Source of the DNA: Welwitschia mirabilis
Lineage: Eukaryota
Direction of reading: 5' to 3'
Length of the DNA stretch: 40,186 nucleotides
Assembly (NCBI GenBank): GCA_051453625.1
Contig: JBOZIK010000001.1
Location: 23,121,050-23,161,235 of the forward strand
Part shown: one piece after another, positions 25,047 through 37,362 of the stretch
How positions within the stretch are numbered: the stretch's first letter is position 1
Layout: each line of letters opens with the position of its first letter
Position numbers and translations under genes: made by a program
Notes under the pieces: model-generated
What the model was told of the DNA's origin: nothing
Database searches by the model: none
What the model saw: the letters and a program-made list of their open reading frames with translations, nothing else

Positions 25047-28000
25047 CATCTTCTAACCAGACTTTTGCTAGACCCTTAGTGAAAAATTGATAATAAAATG
25101 GTTAAACATGAAAAATTATCTAAGTCAAAGTGATTTAGTGTGAAAATGATATAACTTTGAAAAGTTTTATGACTAATTTTCTATAATTAAGACATTGATA
25201 TTTTATAATTTTTATCAAACTAGATGTCATACCTCCAACCCAAAATAAAATTTATTCTCAAAGTTTAATGATAAAAAGTGTTAAAATAATTTTGAAAACA
25301 TATCCTTAGAAAAATATTAATAAGTCCTTTTATTGAAGGAACAGATGAAAAGNNNNNNNNNNNNNNNNNNNNNNNNNNNNNNNNNNNNNNNNNNNNNNNN
25401 NNNNNNNNNNNNNNNNNNNNNNNNNNNNNNNNNNNNNNNNNNNNNNNNNNNNTTTGAAAACATATCCTTAGAAAAATCTCAATAAGTTCTTTTTTTGAAG
25501 GAAAAGATAAAAAGCGATGGAAACGAAACAACCACTTTATTTCTTCCTAAAAATTCTAAGTGGAAAAGCTTTATGCCTAAGATTTTTTCCTCATGAAATA
25601 AGGATGAAGTGGAATGGATGATGGATATGAAAAATGAAAATGTGATAAAGGACTCAATCATGTGACTGATGAATAATATAGATAACCTACTTAAGTTAAT
25701 GATCTTTATTATATTTTTGTAATTTTTAATGGATCTCAGTAAGAAATAAGCATAGTGTCGATTAAATAACTTATACGAATTTAAGAAATCATAGCAAACT
25801 CTAATTATAAAAGATAAAAGACAACAGATCATAAAAGGCATCTAAGTCCTACCTTTTTCTTTCCTTTATTTTCTATTTCTACCAATGTATACATGCTTAA
25901 TTTAAGCTTCTAAATCACATTGAGCATCTAGTGTTATGACATTTTATTCCAACAGAGTTAAGCATATTGTCTTGTAAATAAATTAGTATTACATTTCTAG
26001 TGAGCATTTATAGTCTTGATGCAGTTGATTATGTCATAATTAGATCATTAGAGCTACATTACCAATGATCGTCCATAGCCCTAATGCCATTAACTAAACC
26101 CAATTAAGTTATTAGTGAGATGTGCATTCAGAGAAAAGATATTATTTTTATTTTTTTCTTCTTCTCATATTCATTTTTTATGCATATTTAGAGGGTCATT
26201 GGCTCATTAGCCTAATCAAGACAAATAGTTTTCCTATCAAAATATTTAGACATAAGAACATAGCACAAATGTAAATCCCATCTTTTTAGCCATGATTTAC
26301 TAAAGCTAAAGACCTCAAGTAAACATGCTTTTAGCAATCACATTTGAAATAAGCTTTTAACAATCACACTTGAAATAAGCTTAACTCTTCCTTAAAATCC
26401 CATAAGTGAATTTAATTAAAACTATTACTTAAGTGATATGAGATCTTATTATGATTGATTTTTATAAAGGGTCATTAACCTGGGTTAGTAGGTCTTAGAA
26501 ATTCATACATGAATGGGCAAGGTGGATGATTTATTAACTTAGTTGAATTATTAGGAAATAAGAGGGATGAATGGAGAGGCTTAAGGAGATGAAATTTGAG
26601 AGTTCCTAAGTAAAAGGATTTAAGGTGATGACTTTAAGTGCATATGTTTCTAATGTTTTATTTTTTTCAAAATCTAGCTTAAAAGAAAAATCTATCCTAA
26701 AATCTAACCTAAAAGTTAAAAATTCTCTGAGGTGCTCAAGAGTGTGGAAATGAAGGTTAGATGATTTAAAACTTTCTAAAGTGTTTTGAAGTGGAAGGGA
26801 GTCCATGTAGATTTTTATGCAAGACTCTATAAATTTGAAAGAACATTAGCTTAAGAATAAAGGTTTATGCATTTAAAATTAGTAGTAGTGTATTTCTTAT
26901 CTTGTTTATGTTTATTCAACTCTTGCAAGACATTATTCTAAAAAGAAGAATTGGAAATCACTTGACAAGGTAGATGCTTATTGAAGGAATTATATGTAAG
27001 GCCTTAAAATGTGGTTCCAATTCAAAGGGATGTTTATCAATTTCATTAAGACTTGAGTCTTACTTAATAAAAAAGATGAAGATGAAACAATTGGCTCATA
27101 AAGTTATTGAGAAAAATATGAGCATTTCTTATAGGATGAATCATGTATGGGCTTTTTTACTAATATTATTTTTTATTAAGGTTACTATGGGATTTCTCCT
27201 CATGCGATTTCTTACGGAATAATGGTTGTGATTCAATGTTCTTTTACTTGATGTTGCTTAATGACTCATCCTTTTTTGTAAAACTCTCTAAGGTATAGTC
27301 TTCCTTAAATAGTTGTTCATTTTTTGATGATTTGTCATCCTTTGATATGTCTAATCCTCTNNNNNNNNNNNNNNNNNNNNNNNNNNNNNNNNNNNNNNNN
27401 NNNNNNNNNNNNNNNNNNNNNNNNNNNNNNNNNNNNNNNNNNNNNNNNNNNNNNNNNNNNNNNNNNNNNNNNNNNNNNNNNNNNNNNNNNNNNNNNNNNN
27501 NNNNNNNNNNNNNNNNNNNNNNNNNNNNNNNNNNNNNNNNNAGGAAGGTTTTCTTTATATTAATAAATAATTTCAATTATTTAAGCACTAGTTTGGGTTA
27601 TTTGTTGGAAAATTTGGATGTGGAATTAAAAAATTTGCTTAAGATTACTTAGGAAAGAAAAGTGTTATTTTAAAGTTTTTTCATGATATGATTAATTTAG
27701 CCATGAGTATCCATGAATGTTCTTACTAACTCCTCAAAGGAAACACATGGAGATTGTTATTATATGTAGGAGGATGAAGGGTNNNNNNNNNNNNNNNNNN
27801 NNNNNNNNNNNNNNNNNNNNNNNNNNNNNNNNNNNNNNNNNNNNNNNNNNNNNNNNNNNNNNNNNNNNNNNNNNNNNNNNNNTCATGAATAATAAATCAT
27901 TTATTAGTACATCCTTAAAGATGAGGTATTCATGAATTTCCTCATTGGTTTCTTTCTCATTCCTAATGGAGGTGGCTTGAGTATCATTAGTTTCACTATC

Positions 28001-29387
28001 TTTAATCATTTTCAATGTTTTCAAGACTCCTAAATTCATGGATTGTAGAAAGGTTTTCTTTATATTGATAAAGAATTTCAATGATTTAAGCACTAGTGTG
28101 GGTTATTTGTTGCAAAATTTGGATGTGGGATTGAAAAATTTGCTTAAGATTACTTGGGAAAGAAAAGTGTTATTTCAAATTTCTTTCATGATATGATTAA
28201 TTTAGCCATGAGTATCCATGAATCTTCTTACTAACTCCTCAAAGGAAATGCATGGAGATTGTTATTGTATGTAGGAGGATGAAGGGTAAGGATTGAATGA
28301 TGAGGAATAAGGGTTATGAGGGGAAGTGGAAAGCATGAGATTAAACTCTTATTAAAAATAACATTTTTAAAATTTAGGATAATGAGTTTGATTTACATGT
28401 GAAGGGTGTTGATCAAATGAATATAGAAATGAGGGTGAAGGATAAGGATTATTGTAATTGCATTAGATATAGTCCCCTATACGTTTCTTATTTCAAATGT
28501 AATCTCCTACAATTGTAGGTTAGACATGATTAGGAATTTTGTAGGAATTACCACAGTTTCCATAGACAAAGTAGGATTCAAAAGGTATTTCATATAATCT
28601 CTTAAGAGGATCATGTTTCCAACCCATGTTAAGTTCTAAAAATGGTATATAAAATTAATTATATAGTCATATTTTCATAAATTTTTAAGATTTTAAAAAT
28701 TACCTGATATAAGAAATTCTTTAGGAATAGAGGTTGTATATAAACTTTGAGCATAAATCTCATAAAAAAGCTAGTGACTTTAGTTATTATTCATGACAGC
28801 ACTAGTTACTATTTGTAGTGACACTGATCTTTTTTGGAGAAATGTTTCTAAAAAACATAAGCATTACTAGTGTGATTGTGCAAAGAATTTCTAGTTATAG
28901 GGTCCCAGAAAAACATAATAATAAATAAAAATAGCTACATACATGAAACTAATCTTAACAAAAATTAAATTTTAAAAAATATTTTTTTGTGTTTTTAGTA
29001 TTTATGATAGTAAACATGCATAAAAATTAAAATCAAAATTAAAAACATAGAAAATAAAAATCACACAAAGTGAGTTAAATTTTATTTTATTTTTTTGCTT
29101 CTTGGTTGCACCCCTATAAAAAATACTATTACACTTGCAACACAAATCAAGTTAGAGCAAAGAAAACTAAAAAAAAATCAAATTTGGACTAGTTCATGTA
29201 TCACTGGAAATGACTAGTACCAATCATCAGAAAGAAATATAAACAAACATATAAAAGAAAGAGAAAATAAAACACTTTGGATATCATTGGAGAGAATTAG
29301 TACCCACCACTAGAAAAATGAAAACTATATTAAAAATCTTATAAGAAAGTAAAATTTATACTCTTTCTAAATAGCTACTATGTCATT

Positions 29388-29406
29388 ATCCCTGACAAGA
29401 ATACCA
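29388..29406 (-). promoter_or_regulatory. Degenerate Athila-type primer-binding site
   Basis: Minus strand ttttggtattcttgtcagggat lies directly after the LTR end. It differs from TGGCGCCGTTGCCGGGGA mostly by C>T/G>A changes. Confidence 0.55.
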
Positions 29407-29409
29407 AAA

Positions 29410-30743
29410 TACTATTCATTTTAATAAATGAACTAGATTTAAAACTAGGTAAAAATCTAGTATTATTCTATTACAAGAATAATTTGGGTTGGCTAAACAA
29501 AGTTTGCACAATCTTTCTTATTTTACAAGTTAAAAAATAAAGTAAAAAAGAAGAGAGATTAAGTAATTACTATTGAAACTTCATTTAGAAACATGGAAAG
29601 TAGGTAAGCTCTAAGTTTTTACCTCACTCATCGTTCTACAATTCCTCACTTAGCCATGTTCTATGCTATCTTGGAAAAAAATTTAGACTATCAAGTATGA
29701 TGACTCAGATCCTGATCTTTGAAGTTAATAATTCTTTATAGCCTTGTAATAAAAATGGAAGGTAAGAATTCTAAGTACTCAAAATCCATAAAATTACTAA
29801 GACTTAGATCAATTAACTAATTGAATTTAGTCAGTTGGCCAAATAATATTGATAGTTACATTATTACTTAATCATTCCTAGGACAAACTAATTTGTAACT
29901 AGTAATTAAAATAAAAACAACTCTTTAGTATTGAATTAAAGAAAGGCACATTATATCAGATATAGAAGAAAGCTAAAAGGACTCCTCAGGCTACCCTTGA
30001 AAGAAAGATAACTCCTCAAAGAAGTGCTTAGAAAGCCATCATGACTTGATTCTCCAAAGACTTCATGCTTTATTCAAACAAAAGGTATTACAATAAAGGG
30101 CTTAAGGCCCTTTCATAGATAAGGATGAGGGTCAGGGGTGGTTAAAAGCCTTTAGCTTATATCATTAGGTAAGTGGTTACTCATTACAAGATGATGGCAG
30201 TAGGTAGGGCATTTATCATCCTTTATTAGGTATAGATCATTATGATGAGGCCAATAGTTAGCTCCTAGATGTTGCTACTACTACTACTACTAAACGCTAT
30301 TATTATCATGTGTCTCAACCACCATCCTACTCAATAATGCCAAATGTCACTACTACATGTCATCATCACCACCATCATGTGTCATTAAAGATGCAAGTTA
30401 TTTCTAAGGTGAAATTTGATTAATCCCATAAATCCATTTCACTAAAGTTTACATGACAAGTCAGGAACGTGAGAATTGAGGCATTCTACTTAGAAGAAAC
30501 AGTGATAAGAGTGAGATGAATGACAACACTAGCATTTTAGTCTAGATTATCTTAAATTTTAAGCATGTCCTTAAAAGTGCAATAAATATCCTAAAAATGT
30601 CATGGACAAATAATGAGTTCATACTTATTAAAGAAATTCAATAAAAGACATATTTTTACAATAAAATTAATTATATTAATGTCTTTCATTAAGATAATTT
30701 TGTCAAGTAATTTGATTGGAATGTCAATCCTTACATGTTAATA
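29410..30743 (-). repeat. 5' LTR of the Athila-like element
   Basis: Colinear with 23560-25046 from actatt...aactagatttaaaactagg to ...ttaa(c/t)a. Directly followed on the minus strand by the PBS-like motif. Confidence 0.88.
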
Positions 30744-31476
30744 AAGACATGAATCAAGGGTAGTAAAAAGCTATCAAAAGATGGTTTGAGAGGTAATTTT
30801 CTATTCCACTTGCTACATATTTCTGAAAATAGAAACTACTCATTATGTTCTTAATTGCTTTCATCATTTTTTTTCAGTCACTTTTACCATCTAAGTTATT
30901 TCTTTTCAAGATACATTATTACCTTTTTTTAAGATTCATGAATATTAAATATGGGGAAAAGCTTGGGGTTTCTATTAAATTTCTTATATGAGTTTCTCAT
31001 ACAAGAAGGATTTAAACTCCAAAGCTAACCCTAGATTATTTATTATTTCTATAGAATTTAAAATCGTTGCCACTACAAATTTCACAAAATTATTCAAAGA
31101 TGCAAGTTTCACCAAACTAAAAAAATAGTGTCGTGGAATTATAATGGTGGAACAAGTTAACATTTTATAATAATTATAGTAATGAAAACTTTACAAGTTC
31201 TATAAAAACCTATATACTAATGATAATCATTTTAATTTATTCTCATGAGTTAACAACATTAATCTAGAACTAATATTAGAATATATCAAAAATATTTTGC
31301 AATTACCTATTAGAGGAACGATTATGTTAAAAGAAAATAAGAAAGATGATATTCATCTCTTCCATAAACACTTTGGAAGTATTACAAATAAGGATAAGCA
31401 AGTAGATATTAATAAAGCAAGGGATCTAAAGGCTTTAGTAATCACTAGAATCGTATCCTTTAATTTAGTCCTCATG

Positions 31477-33808
31477 AGTCATTAATTATAGAATAATTAA
31501 TCTTAAAAGTTATTAAAATGTTATTATATTTACTAGACATGTGCAAGTTAGTTAATCAATTTAATAAATAAAGGTGCAAAAATAATAAAAAATGCAATAA
31601 GTGATAGCTAAGAGGTAGTTACACAATAACAACTAGTAGTGGAACCTAGGAAAGTGGAGTTTGTTATTCAATAGGCTCTCCACATAAAAAAAGGAGAAAA
31701 AAGAGAAAAAGGATATTTTTGATTTTTAAAAATACACTCTAGGAAAATATTTTGGAATAAGAAGGAGATCTAGAGATAAAAAGCTAAAAATCTATCTATA
31801 TATATACCCTAAAAGGATAGTTACAATTTTTATTAAGTTAATTTGAATACAATTCTCAAATGGTTTTCATGAGATTTAAAAAGAGTTCATATTTCTTTTC
31901 TTAGTTGTTAGTATTAATTTTAGTAGAGAGTTAATATCAATATTTTTCAATGCTTAGAAATAGAAAATGCATGTTTTATCTAATAATATTCATGTTTACT
32001 CCTCCTTTTCCTCATAATTATACATATGTACATAAGCATATGAATAAATCATAACATAATTTTACCAAGCATAGCAATTTTTGACAAAAGAATCATCTTA
32101 ATGGAGAGAAAGATTATAATCTTTCCAAAGCCTAGGATAAACCTTAAAAATTATTTTCTACATGATTAAAAATGTGTGTCATAGTTACAATCCAATATTT
32201 TCAATTTTTGATTAAAATAGTTGTAATATTTTCTTTCTTCTTTTTTAAAGTTGTATAAAAATAGACTTATCATTTTAATGCTAGAAGAATAGCATTCTAA
32301 TACTTTTTAAGAACTATCATGATGATGACTCTATTAATAAAAGATAGGTAAGGAAGATGGAGAGATGAAAAAGGAAGTATGTCTAAATTCCTAAAAAATA
32401 TAAGCTAGATGAAGAGATTTACACTTTAGCTCCTGCAACAATATATCCCTATGATCTCATAAGAGACATGAAAATCTTGAGGAGGANNNNNNNNNNNNNN
32501 NNNNNNNNNNNNNNNNNNNNNNNNNNNNNNNNNNNNNNNNNNNNNNNNNNNNNNNNNNNNNNNNNNNNNNNNNNNNNNNNNNNNNNNNNNNNNNNNNNNN
32601 NNNNNNNNNNNNNNNNNNNNNNNNNNNNNNNNNNNNNNNNNNNNNNNNNNNNNNNNNNNNNNNNNNNNNNNNNNNNNNNNNNNNNNNNNNNNNNNNNNNN
32701 NNNNNNNNNNNNNAGGGAAAGAGAGAAGAAGAACCAATATTACACTTAAGCCTCTCTGACTCTTTTTGTAGAACCAACTATTTAAAAATTGAATCTAATT
32801 TTTAAAGGTATCTTCCTTTTGTACTAAAAGGATCTGATTAATTATGATTCCCTAGGTTTTTAACTCATAATTTCAAAACTTGAATTACCCTTAGGACAAA
32901 TTTTCTAGGTAAATATTAACCTATGAAGGTTATTCAAAAGTTGAAAAATCAGACTTTANNNNNNNNNNNNNNNNNNNNNNNNNNNNNNNNNNNNNNNNNN
33001 NNNNNNNNNNNNNNNNNNNNNNNNNNNNNNNNNNNNNNNNNNNNNNNNNNNNNNNNNNATATTGCTAGTATCCCCAAGATTGAGGGAAAGAGAGAAGAAG
33101 AATCAATATTACACTTAAGCCTCTTTGACTCTTTTTGTAGAGCCAAGTATTTAAAATTGAATCTAATTTTTAAAGGTATTTTCCTTTTTTACTAAAAGGA
33201 TATGCTTAATTATGATTCCATGGGTTTCTAACTCATACTTTCAAAACTTGAAATACCCTTAGAACAAATTTTGTAGGTAAATATTAACCTATGAGCGTTA
33301 TTCAAAAGTTGAAAAATTAGACGTTAAACATCAAAGAAAAAGAGAATGAAAGATTTAATGATTTTATGGATAGAAATTAGATTTTAATAATAAAATTTGT
33401 AAACCATGGGATAAACCTTGGAAAAAGGATGAAAGCTCCATTAAGAGGATTGAGCCTGATATCTTTTAAAAATTAGATGTATTGCATAGGAGAAGTATTA
33501 GTAATGGAAATACTGAGAAAATAAAGGAGGGTATTAATAAATTATATAGGNNNNNNNNNNNNNNNNNNNNNNNNNNNNNNNNNNNNNNNNNNNNNNNNNN
33601 NNNNNNNNNNNNNNNNNNNNNNNNNNNNNNNNNNNNNNNNNNNNNNNNNNGAAGTATTAGAAATGGAAATACTGAGAAAATAAAGGAGGTTATTAATAAA
33701 TTATATAGGATGAGAAAAGGATAGAAATAGAATGAAGAAAAAGAAAATAAAAAAGTATGTTAAATTCAAGCTAAATCTAGACAAGGAATGAAACATAAAG
33801 AATTATTT
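31477..33808 (+). mobile_element. Second, 3'-truncated copy of the gypsy family at 15.4 kb (LTR 31477-32272, PBS, 5' part of gag)
   Basis: Colinear similarity to 15419-17220: LTR ending tatCA at 32272, gctagaag PBS core, gag patches GRWRDEK and KEKENERF. Similarity stops at ~33808. Confidence 0.88.
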
Positions 33809-36755
33809 TGCAATGCTTAATTATATGTATTTGACAGGGTATTTTAAGTACTTTTGCATGATCTTCAGATAGGTTACATGGAATTTTGATGATTATGGAA
33901 AATCAATGAGATGATCATAGAAACATGTAATTATAGATATATTTTAAGGCATTTCATGCAGATCCTAGTATGTAGTACTTTGAAGAAAAAACCAATGATC
34001 TAGATGTTGATTTCTCTTAATTGGAAGCCTTAAGAAGCTTATTGTCCGCTATGTTGTTCAGATGACAGCTAGGATGACATAGATGCTTAGATTAAATCTA
34101 TGGGGTTGACTATAGGGCTAGAAGCTGATAACTTACTTCTTATTATAGGGTATCGTACATAGCATTACGCAGACGATAATGAGGATGACAACTATTTTGT
34201 ATGAATAAAATGAATTATCTTTGTAATAAGATCATGTACCTTATATGGTTGTTAGGATTTCTTCTCTAACTTTTAGGATTTTACTTCTAGAATCTTCAAT
34301 GTAAAACTATAAATACCCTCCTTATCTTCACTTCTAATTTCATATTTTGTTCTAAAAAGTCTTGTGATGGGAGATTAAAGGGTAGGAGGTCCATCCATAG
34401 CTATAGAGGAAGATATTTCTTTGTTTTAAGCTAGATATCATTCATTGAGGTACTGCTACTTCATTTATAAGTGGATGTTAATTCTAATAGGATCGAGAAC
34501 CCTAGAGGGAGGTGAATAGTTTTTTTTTTTCAAAAACTAAACAAATAATCTAAGATAAATCAATCTAAATGCAACTTGCATACATTAAGCAAATTATTCT
34601 AGGAAGTTCATAAAATGATAAAATACTGAAAGAAAAGAATCAACAACCAAAAGCACAAACTATTACTNNNNNNNNNNNNNNNNNNNNNNNNNNNNNNNNN
34701 NNNNNNNNNNNNNNNNNNNNNNNNNNNNNNNNNNNNNNNNNNNNNNNNNNNNNNNNNNNNNNNNNNNTCAATGTAAAACTATAAATACCCCCCTTATCTT
34801 CACTTCCAATTTCATATTTTGTACTAGAAAGCCTTGTGATGGGAGATTGAAGGGTAGGAGATCCATCCATAGATATAGAGGAAGATATTTCTTTGTTTTG
34901 AGCTAGATATCATTCATTGAGGTACTGCTACTTCATTTATAAGTGGATGTTAATTCTAATAGGATCAAGAACCCTAGAGGAGGGTGAATAGGTTTTTTTC
35001 AAAAACTAAACAAATAATCTAAGATAAATCTATCTAAATGCAACTTGCATACATTAAGTAAATTATTCTAGGAAGTGCACAATATGATAAAATACTGAAA
35101 GTAAAGAATCAAAAACTAAAATAATAAACTATCACTTTGAAGCAAGCCAAATTTATAGTGGTTTAGGAAATTTAATACTCCACTCTTGATGATCAACTTC
35201 TCCCAAGCTAGATCTTGGATCTTTGTTACTCTACCAGGTATTCTAGGTTCATCTATAACCTTTACAAATAGACTTTTCTAGGCTAAGTCTCAACCTTTAG
35301 AATGAACTTTTCCAGGCTAAGACTCAACCTTTAGAATAGAATTTTCAAGGCTTAGTCTCAACCTTTATCAAATAGGGTAGTGATGTAGTGATGCTTCAAA
35401 AGNNNNNNNNNNNNNNNNNNNNNNNNNNNNNNNNNNNNNNNNNNNNNNNNNNNNNNNNNNNNNNNNNNNNNNNNNNNNNNNNNNNNNNNNNNNNNNNNNN
35501 NNNNNNNNNNNNNNNNNNNNNNNNNNNNNNNNNNNNNNNNNNNNNNNNNNNNNNNNNNNNNNNNNNNNNNNNNNNNNNNNNNNNNNNNNNNNNNNNNNNN
35601 NNNNNNNNNNNNNNNNNNNNNNNNNNNNNNNNNNNNNNNNNNNNNNNNNNNNNNNNNNNNNNNNNNNNNNNNNNNNNNNNNNNNNNNNNNNNNNNNNNNN
35701 NNNNNNNNNNNNNNNNNNNNNNNNNNNNNNNNNNNNNNNNNNNNNNNNNNNNNNNNNNNNNNNNNNNNNNNNNNNNNNNNNNNNNNNNNNNNNNNNNNNN
35801 NNNNNNNNNNNNNNNNNNNNNNNNNNNNNNNNNNNNNNNNNNNNNNNNNNNNNNNNNNNNNNNNNNNNNNNNNNNNNNNNNNNNNNNNNNNNNNNNNNNN
35901 NNNNNNNNNNNNNNNNNNNNNNNNNNNNNNNNNNNNNNNNNNNNNNNNNNNNNNNNNNNNNNNNNNNNNNNNNNNNNNNNNNNNNNNNNNNNNNNNNNNN
36001 AGCTTTAGAAAATATGTTTTGGTTAGATTTGGAAATCTTGCTAAAATAAAAGATTTTTGCCTAATGTATGTTAATGATGCATGATAAATGAAATCTTTTT
36101 GGAATAGTTTTTGGGATGATAATCCTTGGTTCTATTCTGATTGATTAGACTAGATTGCATCGTGTGTCTGTGTGCTTTTTATTTTTGAAATGTAGAAAAA
36201 ATATAGAGATACTTGGGCAACAACGTTTTTTANNNNNNNNNNNNNNNNNNNNNNNNNNNNNNNNNNNNNNNNNNNNNNNNNNNNNNNNNNNNNNNNNNNN
36301 NNNNNNNNNNNNNNNNNNNNNNNNNNNNNNNNNNNNNNNNNNNNNNNNNNNNNNNNNNNNNNNNNNNNNNNNNNNNNNNNNNNNNNNNNNNNNNNNNNNN
36401 NNNNNNNNNNNNNNNNNNNNNNNNNNNNNNNNNNNNNNNNNNNNNNNNNNNNNNNNNNNNNNNNNNNNNNNNNNNNNNNNNNNNNNNNNNNNNNNNNNNN
36501 NNNNNNNNNNNNNNNNNNNNNNNNNNNNNNNNNNNNNNNNNNNNNNNNNNNNNNNNNNNNNNNNNNNNNNNNNNNNNNNNNNNNNNNNNNNNNNNNNNNN
36601 NNNNNNNNNNNNNNNNNNNNNNNNNNNNNNNNNNNNNNNNNNNNNNNNNNNNNNNNNNNNNNNNNNNNNNNNNNNNNNNNNNNNNNNNNNNNNNNNNNNN
36701 NNNNNNNNNNNNNNNNNNNNNNNNNNNNNNNNNNNNNNNNNNNNNNNNNNNNNNN

Positions 36756-36852
36756 AAGCCAATGATTTTTTTTCATGTTTAATAATATGTTTAAGCACCA
36801 TGTTAACTAATCTACTCTGATAAATCGGATCATATTTTTCCATTCTTTTTGT
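36756..36852 (-). pseudogene. rps7: Fragment of plastid rps7 N-terminal region, cut by an assembly gap
   Basis: KYDPIYQSRLVNMVLKHIIKHEKKSLA versus plastid Rps7 [27 protein letters not shown]. Confidence 0.88.
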
Positions 36853-36879
36853 TTGTTCGTTAGGGTTTGTTTGTGTCAT
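36853..36879 (-). pseudogene. psbL: First 9 codons of plastid psbL
   Basis: MTQTNPNEQ versus PsbL MTQSNPNEQ, 18 nt downstream of the psbF stop, as in the psbEFLJ operon. Confidence 0.85.
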
Positions 36880-36897
36880 AGCTTGATAATTGATAAT

Positions 36898-37017
36898 TTA
36901 TCATTGGATGAATTGCATCACAGAAATGGATCCCAAAAATAATACTGTGAGGATAGCTAGACTGTGAACTATCAGCCATCGAATAGTAAAAATTGGATAT
37001 ATTTTCTCTATAGTCAT
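36898..37017 (-). pseudogene. psbF: Plastid-derived psbF (cytochrome b559 beta) copy, diverged
   Basis: Exactly 120 nt: [38 protein letters not shown] versus plastid [39 protein letters not shown]. The last Arg codon now reads TGA. Too short for the ORF track. Confidence 0.93.
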
Positions 37018-37247
37018 TAGCCCCAGATACTACCATAAAAAAAGAAGTCAACTTCCGAAAATATCCCATCTATGTGGGGGACAACAGAGGACAAGGACAA
37101 GTTNNNNNNNNNNNNNNNNNNNNNNNNNNNNNNNNNNNNNNNNNNNNNNNNNNNTCAGGAAATTCAATACCCCACTCTTGATGATCAACTTCTTCCAAGC
37201 TAGATCTTGGATCTTTGTTACTCTGCCAGGTATTCCAAGTTCACCTG

Positions 37248-37362
37248 TAACCTTTACAAACAGACTTTTCTAGGCTAAGTCTCAACCTTTAGAATGGACT
37301 TTTACAGGATAAATCTCAACCTTTAGAATATATTTTTCAAGGCTTAGTATCAACCTTTAGAA
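37248..37362. repeat. ~31 bp tandem array within the LTR (3 units plus a partial); duplicated at ~35256-35370
   Basis: Unit acttttctaggctaagtctcaacctttagaatg and variants. Confidence 0.85.

Larger units (their letters stand above)
23560..30743 (-). mobile_element. Athila-like LTR retrotransposon with both LTRs, apparently non-autonomous (no RT/RH/IN visible)
   Basis: Direct repeats at 23560-25046 and 29410-30743 (~1.35 kb each once the gap and its duplicate are discounted). Minus-strand PBS-like tggtattcttgtcagggat next to the right LTR (cf. Athila TGGCGCCGTTGCCGGGGA). PPT-region ggtctagcaaaagtctggttagaagatg|TG next to the left LTR. Internal patch PHNPYSSSFNP...SFEELVRRFM resembles the Athila gag C-terminal region. 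Confidence 0.82.

Noticed and set aside
23555..30748. Target-site duplication for the Athila-like element (aggaa versus aagac)
   Set aside because: Only 3 of 5 bases match, so it is not usable as evidence.
10434..36820. Long ORFs in the track made mostly of X
   Set aside because: Artefacts of translating through N gaps. Only the first codons of 36145-36879 (psbL::rps7) are meaningful.
36898..37017. psbF copy as a functional nuclear gene
   Set aside because: No transit peptide, many substitutions at conserved residues, last codon changed to a stop, and located on a tiny gap-flanked contig.
35256..37362. ~31 bp repeats (and the 95 bp repeat at 1267) as a CRISPR-like array
   Set aside because: Head-to-tail units without unique spacers, in eukaryotic TE-type context, with no cas genes.
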